DNA of 40,441 nucleotides from a virus (Duplodnaviria; Heunggongvirae; Uroviricota; Caudoviricetes): IMG/VR virus record IMGVR_UViG_2531839530_000005, positions 1 to 40,441 of that record; one strand, 5' to 3'. Shown piece by piece: positions 38,097 to 40,441 of this stretch (position 1 is its first letter; each line of letters starts with the position of its first letter). The notes under the pieces were generated by a model. It saw only the letters and a program-made list of their open reading frames with translations, ran no database searches and was not told where the DNA came from. The position numbers and the translations under genes were made by a program.

Positions 38097-38277
38097 AATA
38101 ACTGCCACTATTGAAAAAGAAGGTGGCACTCCTACTAACTGGACAAGATATTCAAAATCTAAATTAACGAAATCAGAATGCGAAAAAATGCTCTCAGGGA
38201 AAAAAGAAGCAGGCGTGTCCAGAGAGCAGAAAGTAAAGCTGATAAATTTTAATTGCGAGAAACTTCTGTCCTCGTGA
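38089..38277 (+). CDS. ydaC: YdaC-like small protein
   Basis: MYKITATIEKEGGTPTNWTRYSKSKLTKSECEKMLSGKKEAG... Confidence 0.55.
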   Translation: MYKITATIEKEGGTPTNWTRYSKSKLTKSECEKMLSGKKEAGVSREQKVKLINFNCEKLLSS

Positions 38278-38377
38278 GTTGCATTATATACAAATTAGAA
38301 CTTCATAGCTGATTATTAAAAATCAACCACACCCGCCAGTATTCTGTATATTTACTGGCGGTCATATCGTAAGAGGT

Positions 38378-38665
38378 ATGGCAATGAATCTTGTGACACT
38401 CAAAACGTGGGGAAAACTCAGATATCCGGATAACCCACCATCAATATCAACGCTGAGACGATGGGCAAGGAATGGAAACATTTATCCTGCACCTGAACTA
38501 CACGGGAGGAGTTACAGGGTGGTTCCGGAAGCTTTCTATATCAACCCAAATAAGGTTGATACCGATATAACACACCATCAGCCTAATGGGCGACAAGGGA
38601 GAGACAGTCCGTTACTGGAGAAGTTAAAACATGCAGCGGAAAAAATACGATCCCAATTTGCCTAA
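38378..38665 (+). CDS. Excisionase (Xis-like)
   Basis: Small basic protein immediately upstream of, and overlapping, the integrase gene; STLRRWARNG motif. Confidence 0.6.
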   Translation: MAMNLVTLKTWGKLRYPDNPPSISTLRRWARNGNIYPAPELHGRSYRVVPEAFYINPNKVDTDITHHQPNGRQGRDSPLLEKLKHAAEKIRSQFA

Positions 38666-39707
38666 AAACTTAACATATCGAAGGAGGGACAAAGCATATT
38701 ACTGGCGCAACCCTCTGACGAAAGAAGAATTTACACTAGGTAAAATTTCAAGAAGAGATGCAGTAGCGCAGGCAATTGAAGCAAATCATTATATATACAA
38801 AAACTACTCTCCTGCTGCCTTAATTGAAAAACTAAAAGGGTTCGACTCATTTACTATGGCAGACTGGATTGAACGTTACAAAACGATTCTTATAAGGAGA
38901 AAAGTGTCCAGAAATACTTATAAAATTCGGGTAAATCAACTGGAGACAATAAAAGAAAAATTAGGAGGAGTTTTACTGACAGAAATAACCACTCGCCATA
39001 TTGCCGAGTTTCTTGATTTGTGGATTGAAGGAGGGAAAAACACGATGGCAGGATCAATGCGTTCTGTGTTATCTGATATGTTCCGCGAGGCCATTGTTGA
39101 AGGACGTATATCTCAAAATCCAGTAACGCCAACAAGAGCACCGAAAATAGTAGTTACAAGAGAACGGCTGAAACTAAAGACATACAACTGCATCAGGGAG
39201 GCAGCAGATCAACTTCCGACATGGTTCCCATTAGCTATGGACTTAGCCCTTGTAACAGGACAACGTCGCGAAGACATAACAAATATGCGGTTCAGTGAGA
39301 TTTATGATGATCGTCTCCACATCAGGCAAATTAAGACAGGAATGATGATTGCTATCCCCCTGTCACTCAGCCTTCCTGTCGCTGGTTTACGACTTGGTAC
39401 AGTAGTTGAACAGTGCCGCATGGTAAGTAGGGGGGATTATCTAATCAGTGCCGGGATTAGAAAAAACAGCCCTGACGGCAGCATTCACCCGGACGGCCTG
39501 ACAAAGAAATTTGTCGCAGCCAGAAAATTAACAGGTATCCAGTTCAGTGAAAACCCACCAACTTTTCACGAGATCAGAAGCCTGGCTGGACGATTGTACA
39601 AAGAAACATGTGGGGAAGAATTTGCTCAACGTCTACTTGGCCACACATCGGAGAAGACAACAAAAATGTATCTTGATGAGAGAGAAAAAACGTACTTACT
39701 GCTCTGA
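38631..39707 (+). CDS. Lambda-family tyrosine integrase
   Basis: Arm-binding N-terminus ([27 protein letters not shown]), catalytic region [12 protein letters not shown]...[17 protein letters not shown]. Confidence 0.85.
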
Positions 39708-39838
39708 TTTTAACGTAAATGGATTGTTAAATGTGTTTTGGTTGTGATATAACCAAAAAAGACCGGAATACAGAAATTCGAGTAAATTTCGAGTAATTTC
39801 GGGGAGACGTTTGCAACTAATTGATTTTAAATACAATT

Positions 39839-39872
39839 AAAAAAAGACCGAATACGATTCCTGTATTCGGTC
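39839..39872. repeat. Prophage attachment-site copy (right junction) overlapping the sdsR terminator
   Basis: AAAAAAAGACCGAATACGATTCCTGTATTCGGTCC; direct repeat of 1067-1100 with 3 mismatches in the shared core. Confidence 0.6.
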
Positions 39873-39941
39873 CAGGGAAATGGCTCTTGGGAGAGAGCCG
39901 TGCGCTAAAAGTTGGCATTAATGCAGGCTTAGTTGCCTTGC
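39841..39941 (-). ncRNA. sdsR: SdsR (RyeB) small RNA
   Basis: Minus-strand sequence GCAAGGCAACTAAGCCTGCATTAATGCCAACTTTTAGCGCACGGCTCTCTCCCAAGAGCCATTTCCCTGGACCGAATACAGGAATCGTATTCGGTC+U-tract matches recalled SdsR. Confidence 0.75.
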
Positions 39942-40032
39942 CCTTTAAGAATAGATGACGACGCCAGGTTTTCCAGTTTGCGTGCAAAATGGTCAATAAA
40001 AAGCGTGGTGGTCATCAGCTGAAATGTTAAAA

Positions 40033-40070
40033 ACCGCCCGTTCTGGTGAAAGAACTGAGGCGGTTTTTTT
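40033..40070. terminator. Bidirectional terminator (yebY on minus strand; antisense RyeA transcript on plus strand)
   Basis: Hairpin CCGCCCGTTCT...AGAACTGAGGCGG followed by T7 on plus strand and T-run on minus. Confidence 0.4.
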
Positions 40071-40099
40071 ATTGGAAATCAAAAGGCTATTTTAGGTAA

Positions 40100-40438
40100 T
40101 TAACAGAGTTTTTCAGCTCGTTCTATAAACGGTGCCAGACTCATTTTTTCGCCGGGATTGTTAGGATCATCAATCTGAATCACCGAAATGGGTTGGGCAT
40201 TGGTCTTCCCACTGGCAACTTCCTTTTGTGCGATATCGTTTAAAGGATACTGCACGAGGGTACTCGGATTAATAACATACAAAGCATTACCCGGTCGGCA
40301 AGTCAGCATCACCTCTTCGCGATTAAACGCCCATTTGTCTTTACCCACTTCAAAACGACTGACGGTAATCACCTGCGGTGCAGCCAGCGCCGCTGCAGAA
40401 CTGGTGAGTAACAGAAACGCCAGAATACTTTTTTTCAT
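40100..40438 (-). CDS. yebY: YebY periplasmic protein (DUF2511) with signal peptide
   Basis: [23 protein letters not shown]... signal peptide; conserved neighbour of sdsR/ryeA. Confidence 0.75.
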   Translation of the reverse strand: MKKSILAFLLLTSSAAALAAPQVITVSRFEVGKDKWAFNREEVMLTCRPGNALYVINPSTLVQYPLNDIAQKEVASGKTNAQPISVIQIDDPNNPGEKMSLAPFIERAEKLC

Positions 40439-40441
40439 CAT

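Larger units (their letters stand above)
1067..39872. mobile_element. Lambdoid (Rac-like early region) prophage, about 38.8 kb, integrated at the 3' end of sdsR
   Basis: Flanking direct repeats; int/xis at one end; contiguous early, replication, lysis, packaging, head and tail modules; host genes pphA and yebY on either side. Confidence 0.75.

Noticed and set aside
1-40441. CRISPR arrays, rRNA genes or insertion sequences
   Set aside because: No regularly spaced direct repeats, no rRNA-like sequence and no transposase-like ORF with terminal inverted repeats were seen.

Overview
The window is an Escherichia coli-type chromosomal segment (yebW and pphA on the left, the sdsR/ryeA small-RNA locus and yebY on the right) interrupted by a lambdoid prophage of about 38.8 kb (roughly 1067-39872). 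The prophage is bounded by an imperfect ~33-bp direct repeat derived from the 3' end of sdsR, with a lambda-type integrase at the right end. Reading right to left it carries: int-xis-ydaC-ralR-recT-recE-racC-ydaE-kilR (a Rac-like early-left operon, + strand); a RacR-like repressor with divergent ydaS/ydaT-like regulators and palindromic operators; O-like and DnaC-like replication genes containing dispersed 19-bp palindromes; a nin-like region; a hok type I toxin plus two SD-led micro-ORFs; a Q-like antiterminator with a pR'/tR' unit; moron genes; holin-endolysin-Rz/Rz1; terminase, portal and head genes (one head gene split by an in-frame TAG); a tail chaperone with a candidate -1 frameshift; tape measure, Mu/P2-like baseplate and a tail fibre. 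The distal arm is a mosaic: an AT-rich membrane acyltransferase, a tail-fibre-assembly/integrase chimeric remnant, a silent tail-fibre cassette and a Pin-type invertase with a single crossover site. No CRISPR array, rRNA, tRNA or IS element was recognised. Nothing here is an obviously complete novel defence system; the most interesting material is the accessory cargo and the integration into an sRNA locus. All assignments rest on reading the translated ORFs and the DNA by eye, with no database search run.
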